Positions 36,393 to 45,420 are shown, numbered from the stretch's first letter. The stretch is DNA of 64,000 nucleotides from Candidatus Acidiferrales bacterium (GCA_049281095.1 JBAPRL010000082.1:1298-65297); one strand, 5' to 3'. Made by a program: numbers and translations. The notes: a model not told the origin generated them from the letters alone.

Positions 36393-36960
36393 CTTGTAGC
36401 GCCGGCCTTCAGGCCGGCACCGATCTCATCCCTGTCCTCTTTTGCCTTTCGTAGAGCATGCCTCAGCCTACCCTACTTCTCGCGCCGCCCTGCTCCTCCC
36501 CTTTGTCATTCCGAGCCTGCCTGCGGTAGGCAGTCGAGGATGCGGCTTGCCCGCCGTGGCGGGCGAGCATCCGACGAGGCCTGCTCCGGTGGAGTCCACC
36601 GGACTCCCGCGACCGGAGAATCTGCTATTGCCCTCGCGGGTGCCCCATGCTCGCCTTCCGAGCGTGGGGTCTTTGCCTCTTTGGAGTGCGGCGGCCTGCC
36701 TGCCCTGAGGCTTGCCCGCCGTTTGGCGACGCGAAGGGAACCCGGTCGCCCCGGCTGCGGTAGCAGCCAACGCGATGAAGTTGGCGAACGGCGGCGAGGC
36801 CTGCCTGCCGCTTGCCCGCCGTGGTGGGCAGGCAAGCTCGACGCCGCTTTGCCTCCCATGCTGCCCATCGTAGGGGCGGGCTTTAGCCCCGCCCGCCGCG
36901 CGTTTTCGTAGGCGCGCTGCTTGTTTACCCTGCTTGCCCTGACGCAGGAAGGGTCGCAGA
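36393..36960. repeat. cluster of GTAG-headed GC-rich hairpin repeats (REP/BIME-like), locus 1
   Basis: It contains tGTAGcgccggcc-ttca-ggccggc, cattccgagcctgcctgcggtaggcag, cttgcccgcc-gt-ggcgggcgag, ccccatgctcgccttccgagcgtggggtctttgc and GTAGgggcgggctttagccccgccc. The same modules recur inverted at 41.7-43.2 kb. Confidence 0.75.
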
Positions 36961-37136
36961 AAGAGCAGCCATGCCATAAATCCGCCTTTAACGCTTCCTT
37001 CCTTTTCACGCGCGCCTTGCGCCTGCCCCGCCGCTGAACTTCATTCGGCTCGTATACCGTTTAGTCAAAGTACTATTCTCATTGCTTCGCCGGCCTGCTA
37101 TCAATGAACAGTGGGTCGTCAGGAGGCCACTCATAC

Positions 37137-38138
37137 ATGCGATACGCCATGATAATCGCGCTTGCCGGATTGTGCGTCGTTCCGACTCAGGCACAGCAAG
37201 CCAGCACGACCAACGCGACGCAGGATTCGAAAACCGCACCGTCCGTGGATTGCTCGAAATTCGATTATGCAACGGGGTGCAAATCCTTCAACGAATTGCT
37301 CACGGCTGGTGATGAGGCCACTCTTGAGGAACTTGGGCGAACGCAGCAAGAGGTTGCAAGGGTCTGCTTCGTTGAAGATCCATCCCTCGCTGACACTTTC
37401 TACATCCTTTCCGTCCATGTGCCGCCGGATTCTTTCAAAGGACACGTAAAGTATCTCGCATTCGCCGACTTGTACCGCTACGAGAATGGGGTCAGCGAGA
37501 ACGCTTTCGACATCCTCATAAACTGGGTGTTCAGCGGCGGCGAACTAACTGCAGTCGGCGGAGACCGACTAGATCCAGATGGTTCTTTTTCGATCACGCC
37601 TCAGCAAACTGAGTGGTTGATTACCTATCCAAACGTCAGCGACAGCAGAACGCATGAAGATTTGAAGATTATGCTTTCCACAGGCAGGTTCACCGTGTCG
37701 TTTAGCGCCTTCAAGAATGAGAAACTTGTTCTCGGCTCGGAAAGTTTTTCTGAGGGTCACTGCATAAGGTATCAGGGCGGTGCGATATCCGAGTCAGAAG
37801 CCATTCCGGGTCAAGCGGTGCCGCTCGCATCTGCTGCGTCTGGGAGCGTGATGGCCACGGTTCCCAATCACTACATTTGGGTAGGCCGATTTGAACAAGA
37901 GGACCGCGCTCAGAATGTTTCCGAGCGGATCGAGGCTCAAAATCTTCCCGTCGCGATCAAGCCAATGCGAGATGCAAAGGGCCAGGAGCTTTTTGTTGTG
38001 TTGACGGGTCCGTATCAACAGGCCGAGGCGCAGAAAGTGCTGGCATGGCTCAAGGGCGTGGGCTTCCCTGAAGCTCGGCAGGTTATGCCGGGACAGAATC
38101 AGGACCAGGCGAAGAAACAGGGCAATTCGACAAACTGA
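37137..38138 (+). CDS. secreted protein with a C-terminal SPOR (peptidoglycan-binding) domain
   Basis: Signal peptide MRYAMIIALAGLCVVPTQAQ. The C-terminus is SPOR-like (YIWVGRFEQEDRAQNVSERIEAQNLPVAIKP...FVVLTGPYQQAEAQKVLAWLK). The N-terminal domain of about 230 aa was not recognised. The region is low in GC. Confidence 0.7.
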   Translation: MRYAMIIALAGLCVVPTQAQQASTTNATQDSKTAPSVDCSKFDYATGCKSFNELLTAGDEATLEELGRTQQEVARVCFVEDPSLADTFYILSVHVPPDSFKGHVKYLAFADLYRYENGVSENAFDILINWVFSGGELTAVGGDRLDPDGSFSITPQQTEWLITYPNVSDSRTHEDLKIMLSTGRFTVSFSAFKNEKLVLGSESFSEGHCIRYQGGAISESEAIPGQAVPLASAASGSVMATVPNHYIWVGRFEQEDRAQNVSERIEAQNLPVAIKPMRDAKGQELFVVLTGPYQQAEAQKVLAWLKGVGFPEARQVMPGQNQDQAKKQGNSTN

Positions 38139-38225
38139 CGCCGCAAGCAAGTCATCATAAACCAGCGCGCATACAAATTCAGCTCAGCAGACAACGCCAG
38201 CGATTCGTGGTAGGATTTCGCTTCG

Positions 38226-38600
38226 ATGAAACTCGGCGGGTACACAATCCACGTTGCCCCGGCGACAACATATCGCATAAGGTATGAAGATGAGCATGTC
38301 CGTTTCTATCTTGACGTCTTATATGCAGGGACATTTCAATATTCGACGATTGTACCCAGGCGAATCGCCCGTTCCTTTATAAATTGGCTTGTCTATGGAA
38401 TAGAGAACTGGCGCGGGCTAAGCCGATGCAAAGGACTACGTGAAACCTACAACGACATAAGCTGTCATCTCCTGGCCGAGGATCTAGCTCTTGTTCTTCT
38501 TACGGAGCGGGGAAAGGAGTCACTGCTGGCCAACCTGCCCACGGACGCGCTTCCGGGAAACCAAGATTGCAGTACGTGGCATTTCCTGCCCATCCAATAG
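38226..38600 (+). CDS. hypothetical protein (124 aa) in the low-GC island
   Basis: The ORF has A/T-ending codons unlike its neighbours. No family was recognised. Confidence 0.45.
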   Translation: MKLGGYTIHVAPATTYRIRYEDEHVRFYLDVLYAGTFQYSTIVPRRIARSFINWLVYGIENWRGLSRCKGLRETYNDISCHLLAEDLALVLLTERGKESLLANLPTDALPGNQDCSTWHFLPIQ

Positions 38601-38734
38601 TATCCGCGCGAAGTATTCGCTTTTCTCCTTGCCTCCTTGCCTCTTTTTTCTCATCACTTGTCACTCCTCACCGTTTTTCGTACCTTAGAGGCGCAACGGA
38701 ACCGCAATTTTCGCGCACGCGCCGCGGAGGCCAC

Positions 38735-40690
38735 ATGCAGGAATTCGACCCGCAAATACTGAACGAAAAACCCATCCCTCCGCCATCCGAATTTCAGCGT
38801 CGCGCCCGCGTCCGCTCCCTCGACGAATACCGCAAACTCTACGACCGCGCCAAAAACGACCCCGAAGGCTTCTGGGGCGAGCAAGCCAAAATGCTCGACT
38901 GGTTCGCGCCGCCGAAAAAAATCCTCGAATGGGACGTGCCGCACGCGAAATGGTTCTCGGGCGGCACGCTCAACGTCTCGCACAATTGCCTCGACCGCCA
39001 TCTCGCGAAAAACGGCAATAAAATCGCCCTCTACTGGGAAGCCGAAGACGGCAAGCAACTGAAATTCACCTACGCACAGCTTCATGAACGCGTCTGCAAA
39101 TTTGCCAATGCCCTGCTCAGCCTCGGCGTGAAAGACGGTGACAGCGTCGCCGTTTACATGCCCATGATTCCTGAGCTGCCCATCGCTTTGCTCGCGTGCG
39201 CGCGTATCGGCGCGATTCATTCCGTCATTTTCGGAGGCTTCAGCTCCACCGCTCTCACCGACCGCATCTCCGACGCCAAATCCAAGCTGCTCATCACCGC
39301 CGACGGAGGCTATCGCCGCGGCCACATCGTTCCGCTCAAAGACACTGCCGACAAAGCCGCGGACGCCTGCCCGTCCATCGAAAAAGTTGTCGTCGTCAAA
39401 CGCACCGGAGAAAAAGTTTCGTGGAAGCAGGGCCGCGATCTGTGGTGGCACGACCTCGAACAGAAAGCCTCGCCAAATTGTCCCGCGCCTTCGTTCGACT
39501 CCGAACATCCGCTCTACATTCTTTACACCAGCGGCACCACCGGTAAACCGAAAGGCGTGCTGCACACTTCCGCCGGCTATCTGCTCGGCGCGATGTACAC
39601 CACGCAATTGGTTTTCGATTTGCGCGACGATGACGTCTACTGGTGCACCGCCGACATCGGCTGGGTCACTGGCCACAGCTACATCGTCTACGGCCCGCTC
39701 GCGAATTGCGCCACCTGCGTGATGTATGAAGGCGCTCCCGATTTTCCGAAGAAGGATCGCTTCTGGGAAATTATCGAGCGCTACAAAGTTTCCATTTTTT
39801 ACAGCTCCGCGACGGCCGTTCGCGCGTTCATGGCCTGGGGCAGCGAATGGCTTGCGAAACACGACCTGTCCAGCCTGCGCCTGCTCGGCACCGTCGGCGA
39901 ACCGATAAATCCCGCCGCGTGGAAATGGTATTCCGACGTGATCGGCGGCAAGCGCTGCCCCATCGTCGACACGTGGTGGCAAACCGAAACCGGCGCGATC
40001 ATGATTTCGCCGCTGCCCGGCGCAACGCCCACCAAGCCCGGCTCGGCAACGCTGCCGCTGCCCGGCGTGATTTCGCGCGTGGTCACGCTCAAAGGCGAAA
40101 CCGTCAAGCCCGGCGAGACCGGCTACCTCATCATCGAAAAACCGTGGCCTTCGATGCTGCGCACAATTTTTGGCGACGACGAACGCTTCAAGCGCGATTA
40201 CTGGAGCCGCATCCCCGGCGTTTATTTCACCGGAGACGCCGCGCAGTGCGACGCCGACGGCTACACTTGGGTTCTTGGCCGCGTCGACGACGTCATCAAA
40301 GTCGCGGGCCATCGCTTAAGCTCGATGGAAATCGAAAGCGCCCTGGTCAGCCATCCCTCCGTCGCGGAAGCCGCGGTCGTGGCGCGTCCCGACGAAATCA
40401 AAGGCGAAGCTATCGTGTGCTTCGTCATCCTGCGCTCCGGCCACGGACCTTCTCCGGAGTTGCGTCTCGCGCTCACCGAGCACGTCGCGGTAACCATCGG
40501 CAGCATCGCGCGGCCCGCCGAAGTGCGCTTCGCTGACCTGCTCCCGAAAACGCGCAGCGGCAAAATCATGCGCCGCCTGTTGCGCGAAGTCGCCGAGAAA
40601 GGCGGCGTTTCCGGCGACGTCACCACGCTCGAGGACATGAGCGTCATCCAAAAACTCGCCAGCGCCAAAGCCCTCGAAGAAGAGGAATAG
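38735..40690 (+). CDS. acs: acetyl-CoA synthetase
   Basis: Full-length Acs ([57 protein letters not shown]). ATG 38735 follows GGAGG plus 4 nt. The ORF-track N-terminal extension is rejected. Confidence 0.95.
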   Translation: MQEFDPQILNEKPIPPPSEFQRRARVRSLDEYRKLYDRAKNDPEGFWGEQAKMLDWFAPPKKILEWDVPHAKWFSGGTLNVSHNCLDRHLAKNGNKIALYWEAEDGKQLKFTYAQLHERVCKFANALLSLGVKDGDSVAVYMPMIPELPIALLACARIGAIHSVIFGGFSSTALTDRISDAKSKLLITADGGYRRGHIVPLKDTADKAADACPSIEKVVVVKRTGEKVSWKQGRDLWWHDLEQKASPNCPAPSFDSEHPLYILYTSGTTGKPKGVLHTSAGYLLGAMYTTQLVFDLRDDDVYWCTADIGWVTGHSYIVYGPLANCATCVMYEGAPDFPKKDRFWEIIERYKVSIFYSSATAVRAFMAWGSEWLAKHDLSSLRLLGTVGEPINPAAWKWYSDVIGGKRCPIVDTWWQTETGAIMISPLPGATPTKPGSATLPLPGVISRVVTLKGETVKPGETGYLIIEKPWPSMLRTIFGDDERFKRDYWSRIPGVYFTGDAAQCDADGYTWVLGRVDDVIKVAGHRLSSMEIESALVSHPSVAEAAVVARPDEIKGEAIVCFVILRSGHGPSPELRLALTEHVAVTIGSIARPAEVRFADLLPKTRSGKIMRRLLREVAEKGGVSGDVTTLEDMSVIQKLASAKALEEEE

Positions 40691-40800
40691 CGTTTCGAGC
40701 TTCGCGCGCTTTTGGAAAAATAAATTTCGCGCCGAAAACATCTGAAAAACTTGGTTCGCCGGCGCCGTCAAGCGCATCGGTAACAGTAGGAGGAAAAAAG

Positions 40801-41289
40801 ATGAAACCCAGAATCGAAATGATGAAAGTAGATCCGAAAGCCTGTCAGGCGATGTCCGCGCTGGAAAACTACGTGCGCAATTCAGGAATTGAAACACCGT
40901 TGCTCGAACTCGTGAGAATGCGCGCCTCGCAAATCAACGGCTGTGCGTATTGCATCGACATGCACACCAAAGACGCACGCGCCGCGGGCGAGACCGAGCA
41001 GCGTCTCTACGGTCTGGACGCGTGGGAAGAATCTCCATTTTATTCTGAGCGCGAACGCGCCGCGCTGGCTTGGACTGAATCGCTCACGCTTGTTTCCGAA
41101 ACGCACGTCCCTGATGAAGTCTTCGAAAAAGTGAAGAAGCAATTTTCCGAAGCGGAAATCGTCGCGCTCACCGTGGCCGTCGTGTCGATCAACGGCTGGA
41201 ACCGCATCGCCATCGCCATACGCGCTGTCGCCGGCACGTACCAGCCGCAGGCGCCAGCGCAGCAAGCAGCTTCCCATAAAACCGCCTGA
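40801..41289 (+). CDS. carboxymuconolactone decarboxylase / AhpD-like family protein
   Basis: AhpD-core motif with the CxxC-type pair (INGCAYCIDMH), then ERERAALAWTE. Confidence 0.85.
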   Translation: MKPRIEMMKVDPKACQAMSALENYVRNSGIETPLLELVRMRASQINGCAYCIDMHTKDARAAGETEQRLYGLDAWEESPFYSERERAALAWTESLTLVSETHVPDEVFEKVKKQFSEAEIVALTVAVVSINGWNRIAIAIRAVAGTYQPQAPAQQAASHKTA

Positions 41290-41574
41290 GGCATGAGGTA
41301 CTAGAACAGGCCAAATTGTCTCTTTCCGCAGGCAAAATCGGGCAAAATTGGCCTGGTAGAGCAGGCCATTGAAAAATGCGGTTTTTCGGGTTTCTCGCGA
41401 CGCGAGTTTTGCGAAAAGTGCGAATTCCCTAGGAAAAACGCAAATTTGTAGACCATGGTTGCCGCCGGACTGTACGGCGGCGTGACGAGGCGACCAGGCC
41501 AATTCTGAAAAAAACGGCAAAAAATAGGTTATAGGACCAGGCCATTCCCCTGGTGCTTCGACAGGAGGAAAAAC

Positions 41575-41605
41575 AGTGACAAGTGACGAGTGGCGAGTGA
41601 CTAGT
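41575..41605. repeat. degenerate tandem heptamer array (AGTGRNN x4.5)
   Basis: agtgaca agtgacg agtggcg agtgact agt. Confidence 0.8.
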
Positions 41606-41640
41606 TAAAGACAAATGCTTTGAGCGGATGAGGAAGACGA

Positions 41641-41677
41641 AGTGGTCAGTGGTCAGTGGTCAGTGGTCAGTGGTCAG
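41641..41677. repeat. perfect tandem heptamer array (AGTGGTC x5 plus AG)
   Basis: agtggtc repeated five times without mismatch. Confidence 0.95.
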
Positions 41678-41700
41678 AAAAGACCGAATACTTTGCGCCC

Positions 41701-41930
41701 GCCTGCCCACCACACGCCGCAGCGTGCAGGCGGCGGGCAAGCGGCAGGCAGGCCTGTTCCACACGAGACGGCGCCGCGACTCGAGGAGTCGCGACCTTTC
41801 CTTCGTCAGGGTAAGGGAAGGGAGCGGCGCCCCTACAACCGGCGTACAGCACGCACATCAACGAGCGAAGGAATTGCAGACGCTGCGGCTCGCGCGTGGG
41901 CCGATGAATCCGATCGGCCCCTACAAAGGC
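41701..41930. repeat. REP/BIME-like hairpin repeat cluster, locus 2
   Basis: The module gcctgcccaccacacgccgcagcgtgcaggcggcgggcaagcggcaggcaggcctg is shared with 42694-42749 and, inverted, with 36798-36833. Also present: gcgactc-gag-gagtcgc, and (minus strand) tGTAGgggc heads at about 41826-41838 and 41888-41930. Confidence 0.75.
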
Positions 41931-42042
41931 AACCGTGAAGCGATTGGAGGACTGAGGTCGAGAACACAGGGCAGGAAACTTAGGCGAGGGGGAAACGTCT
42001 TATAAGCTGAGGAGACGCTGCGTGGGTGCCAAGGGAGGCGTG

Positions 42043-42561
42043 ATGCGAAAAGAGGCTTGGTTCACGACGATTGGGAAGATGAGTTTGGTGATGCTGCTGG
42101 CGGGTCCATGGGTGATGGCGCGAGCGCAGGGGAAGGCGGCGGTACTTCCGGGGCCTGTGCCTGCACAGATCGTCAACGCGAAGAGCGTGTTCATTTCGAA
42201 CACGGCGCCGGACGGGATGCCGTCTGACATTCTGGAAAAGTTCGGGGAGCCGAACCGGCCTTACGATCAGCTGTATGCGGCGATGAAGGCGTGGGGACGT
42301 TATGAATTGGCGGGTGCGCCGGCGGATGCGGATCTGGTGATGGAGATACACTTCAGCCGGTCCGTCTATACGGGCGGCGTGGGACAGGGAGCGGAATTTT
42401 ATTTGAGCATTCTGGACGCCAAGACGCATTTCGTACTGTGGACGTTGGTGGAGCCGGTGGAGGCCGCGGTGCGAAAAGTGAGTTGGGAGAAAAACATCGA
42501 TGCGAGCGTGAGAGCGTTGGCGAACGATATGAAACCGCTGGCGGGGCTCCAACAACAGTGA
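42043..42561 (+). CDS. hypothetical secreted protein (172 aa)
   Basis: ATG 42043 follows AAGGGAGG. The signal peptide is MRKEAWFTTIGKMSLVMLLAGPWVMARAQG. The stop codon lies inside the downstream heptamer array. Confidence 0.6.
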   Translation: MRKEAWFTTIGKMSLVMLLAGPWVMARAQGKAAVLPGPVPAQIVNAKSVFISNTAPDGMPSDILEKFGEPNRPYDQLYAAMKAWGRYELAGAPADADLVMEIHFSRSVYTGGVGQGAEFYLSILDAKTHFVLWTLVEPVEAAVRKVSWEKNIDASVRALANDMKPLAGLQQQ

Positions 42562-42591
42562 TGAGTGACAAGTGACGAGTGGCTAGTGAAA
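42557..42591. repeat. degenerate tandem heptamer array (AGTGRNN x5)
   Basis: agtgatg agtgaca agtgacg agtggct agtgaaa. Confidence 0.8.
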
Positions 42592-42649
42592 TTCGAAAAG
42601 CGAGAAGCGTGAAAACCTCGCGTGCAAGGCGACGCGAGAGGAAGATGAA

Positions 42650-43165
42650 TTGAACCTCGTGCTGGCACGGCTGAAGCCGTGCCCTGACCACATGCCTGCC
42701 CGCCACACGCCGCAGCGTGCAGGCGGCGGGCAAGCGGCAAGCATGCCTGTGCACGGCGCGGGGCGCGACGGGGGCGAAGTGCCGGCCTTAAGGCCGGCGC
42801 TACAGAGTCGCGATCCTTCCTACGTCAGGGCAAAACGAGCAGCGCTCCGACGAACGATAAAGCAAAAAGCTGCAGAACCTCAAAATGCGAGGCTCTGCGC
42901 TACACGGCGAAACGAAAAACAACGGCAGATTCCTCGTCGGATGCTCGCCCCATCCTCGCCTGCCTACCGCAGGCAGGCTCGGAATGACAAGTGAGAGAGG
43001 CAGGGCGGCACAAGGAGTAGGTGGGCTGAGACGCGACTCGGCGAAAGGCAACGAAGCGTAATAGGCGTCGAGGCGAGATCCTTCGGGCCGCGAAACTTGG
43101 CCCTCCGGATGACAAGAAGAAGCAAAGAGCAAAGACCCCACGCTCGGAAGGCGAGCATGGGGCGC
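42650..43165. repeat. REP/BIME-like hairpin repeat cluster, locus 3
   Basis: Elements: ggcacggc-tgaa-gccgtgcc, the 56-nt module at 42694-42749, gtgccggcc-ttaa-ggccggcgctac (inverted copy of 36395-36420), cctgcctaccgcaggcaggctcggaatgacaag (inverted copy of 36501-36533), and gcaaagaccccacgctcggaaggcgagcatgggg (inverted copy of 36643-36676). Confidence 0.75.
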
Positions 43166-43261
43166 CCGCCGAAGCCAGCCGCGAAATAATGATGTTTGCT
43201 CTGCGCGTTAAACTGCTGGAACTTGACCGTGCCACAGCGGGGATTTCAGGGTCCTGGCGCG

Positions 43262-43666
43262 TTACTTCTTCTCGCTGGGTTTTAGATTCAGGGCGGCGGA
43301 ATTCATGCAATAACGCAGACCGGTGGGCGCCGGACCATCGTCAAACACATGGCCGAGGTGGGCGCCACACTTGGAGCAGCGTGCTTCGGTGCGCGCCATC
43401 CCGTGGCTCGAATCTTTGTGCTCCTCGATTTTGCCGGTGTCGGCAGGCTGATAGAAGCTGGGCCAGCCCGTTCCGGAATCGAATTTCGTGGAAGAATCGA
43501 AGAGCGGCTCGCCGCAACAAACGCAGTGATACGTTCCGGCGTCATGGGTGTCCCAATACTTGCCAGTGAAGGGCGGCTCGGTACCCGCTTCGCGGGTGAC
43601 GTGATACTGCTCGGGCGTAAGCCTGCGCTTCCATTCCGCTTCGTTTTCTTGGGTTTTCTCTGCCAT
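43262..43666 (-). CDS. msrB: peptide-methionine (R)-S-oxide reductase
   Basis: Two CxxC zinc motifs ([21 protein letters not shown]), GWPSF, and the catalytic RYCMNS. Confidence 0.9.
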   Translation of the reverse strand: MAEKTQENEAEWKRRLTPEQYHVTREAGTEPPFTGKYWDTHDAGTYHCVCCGEPLFDSSTKFDSGTGWPSFYQPADTGKIEEHKDSSHGMARTEARCSKCGAHLGHVFDDGPAPTGLRYCMNSAALNLKPSEKK

Positions 43667-43863
43667 GTGTCATGCCCCACATTTCAAATGCCAGTAGATG
43701 TCTAGGTTAGCGTCATCAGACTTCCAAGGAAGGATTCTAGACCACTTTTAGGCAATGCGATCAACTCAACAGCAATTCCCTCACCGCGGTTCGCAGGGTT
43801 CTTCTTATGCGGTTGCTCATGCAGCCGCGAGGCGAACGGGTTCGGGATGACAACGCGCTTCGG

Positions 43864-45420
43864 TCAGGACAAACTTGCTCCATTGGACTTGATGATGTTG
43901 GCGTACCAGTGGGCGGAGTCCTTGAGGATGCGCTTCTGGGTGGGAAAATCGACGAAGATCATGCCGAAGCGCTGGGTGTAGCCTTCCTGCCACTCGAAAT
44001 TATCGAGCAAAGACCAGTGCAGATAGCCGCGCAGCGAGACGCCTTCGCCGGCGGCGCGGGCCAGCGCTTGCAAATAACGTGCGGTGAAATCGATGCGCTC
44101 GGGATCGTGAACCTGGCCATCGAGCGAAACCCAGTCGCGGCAGGAGCAGCCGTTTTCTGTGATGAAGATGGGAAGCTTGTAGCGTTCGTAGAGCCATTTC
44201 GGGCCCCAGTACATGGCGTCGGGGGTGACTTCCCAGCCATTCGCGGTGAGCGGGAAGCCCGCGGGAAAAGCGACGGTTTGGCCTTTGCCGTCGGGAGTGG
44301 CGCGGACGATGCGGCCGCCATAAATATTCGCGCCAAGAAAATCGAGCGGCTGGTGAATGGTCTCCAGGTCTCCGGCGCGAATTTCCGGCGCGCCTTCTCC
44401 GAGCGCGCTGAGCGCATCCTGGGGATAGTTGCCGGTGTAAACGGGATCAAGCCACCAGGCGTTTTCGCGCCACCAATACTGACCCGAAAAATGATCGATG
44501 GGGCTGGCGAAGGTGGCGGCTTTCGCGGCGGCAACATCCGCGGTGGAAGCGGTTTCGGGCAGGCAGGGCGAAACGTCGCAGGGATAGCCGATCTGGACGG
44601 GCTTCTTGGAATTGGCACGTATCGCTTGCACGGCGCGGCCGTGCGCGAGCAGCACGATGTGCGCCGCGCGCATATATTCGTTGATGGGAAGTTTTTCGCC
44701 AGGAGCTTGCAGGCCGACGACGTAGCCGCCGCCGATGAAGGAGCGCGGCTCGTTGATGGTGAGCCAGTATTTGACGCGGTCGGAGAGAGTGCGCGCGAGC
44801 AGGGCGGCATAGTCGGCGAACCAGCCGGCCATGTCGCGAGCTTCCCAGGAGCCGCGCTGGACCAGAGCAAGAGGCGTGTCCCAGTGAAATAGGGTAAGGG
44901 TCGGAGTGATGTTCGCGGCGAGAAGAGTGTCGACAAGGTGACTGTAGAAGTCCAGGCCTTTTTGGTTTACCGCGCCGGTGCCTTCCGGAATTACGCGCGA
45001 CCAGCAGACACTGAAGCGAAAAGCTTGCAGGCCCATGGACTTCATGCGTGCGATGTCTTCGGCGTAACGGTGATAAAAATCGCAGGCGACGTCGCCGGTT
45101 TGGCCGTCACGAATGGCGCCGGGCTGGCGGACGAATTCGTCCCAGACGGAAAGGTCTTTGCCGTCTTCGCGAGCGGCGCCTTCAATTTGATAGGCGGAAG
45201 TGGCCGCACCCCAGAGAAAATTCGCGGGAAAGGGAGACTTGGCTGGCGCCGGACCGGCGGCTTGCTGCGGTTTCTGCGACTGAGATTGCGATTGGCCGGT
45301 TGTTGTTTGACGAAGGGCCGCCAAGGAAATTGCGGAGCCCGCGGACGTGGCCAGGAATTCGCGGCGCGTGAGGGCACGAATTGCGTTGGGCGGCGATTTC
45401 AATTCATTTTTCATGGTCAA
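43864..45420 (-). CDS. GH1 family beta-glucosidase with a twin-arginine signal peptide
   Basis: Motifs: FLWGAATSAYQIEGA, TINEP (acid/base), ITENG (nucleophile). The N-terminus (LTRREFLATSAGSAISLAAL) is Tat-like. Confidence 0.9.
   Translation of the reverse strand: MTMKNELKSPPNAIRALTRREFLATSAGSAISLAALRQTTTGQSQSQSQKPQQAAGPAPAKSPFPANFLWGAATSAYQIEGAAREDGKDLSVWDEFVRQPGAIRDGQTGDVACDFYHRYAEDIARMKSMGLQAFRFSVCWSRVIPEGTGAVNQKGLDFYSHLVDTLLAANITPTLTLFHWDTPLALVQRGSWEARDMAGWFADYAALLARTLSDRVKYWLTINEPRSFIGGGYVVGLQAPGEKLPINEYMRAAHIVLLAHGRAVQAIRANSKKPVQIGYPCDVSPCLPETASTADVAAAKAATFASPIDHFSGQYWWRENAWWLDPVYTGNYPQDALSALGEGAPEIRAGDLETIHQPLDFLGANIYGGRIVRATPDGKGQTVAFPAGFPLTANGWEVTPDAMYWGPKWLYERYKLPIFITENGCSCRDWVSLDGQVHDPERIDFTARYLQALARAAGEGVSLRGYLHWSLLDNFEWQEGYTQRFGMIFVDFPTQKRILKDSAHWYANIIKSNGASLS

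Noticed and set aside
36442-37009. 88-169-aa ORFs inside the 36.4-37.0 kb repeat cluster, and similar ORFs at 41.6-43.3 kb
   Set aside because: They are translations of GC-rich hairpin repeats in several overlapping frames on both strands (strings such as VIPSLPAVG, AGLKPAP-like). The same DNA recurs in both orientations, which is incompatible with conserved coding.
38654-40312. 552-aa minus-strand ORF
   Set aside because: It is antisense to acetyl-CoA synthetase, whose motifs are unambiguous. The composition is Gly/Ala/Arg-rich with no motifs.
42663-42680. Sigma-54 promoter (TGGCAC) match, searched for because an enhancer-binding protein is present
   Set aside because: The TGGCAC here lacks the TTGC element at the required spacing and forms part of a repeat hairpin (ggcacggc-tgaa-gccgtgcc). 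I found no convincing -24/-12 promoter elsewhere in the intergenic regions by eye.
36393-43165. Possibility that the repeat clusters or heptamer arrays are CRISPR arrays
   Set aside because: There is no regular repeat-spacer periodicity of 25-40 nt repeats with unique spacers. Units are heterogeneous hairpin modules or 7-nt tandem repeats, and no cas genes are present.
43807-44936. 361-aa plus-strand and 325-aa minus-strand ORFs overlapping the GH1 gene
   Set aside because: These are alternative frames of the GH1 beta-glucosidase. Only the 518-aa frame carries the GH1 signatures.
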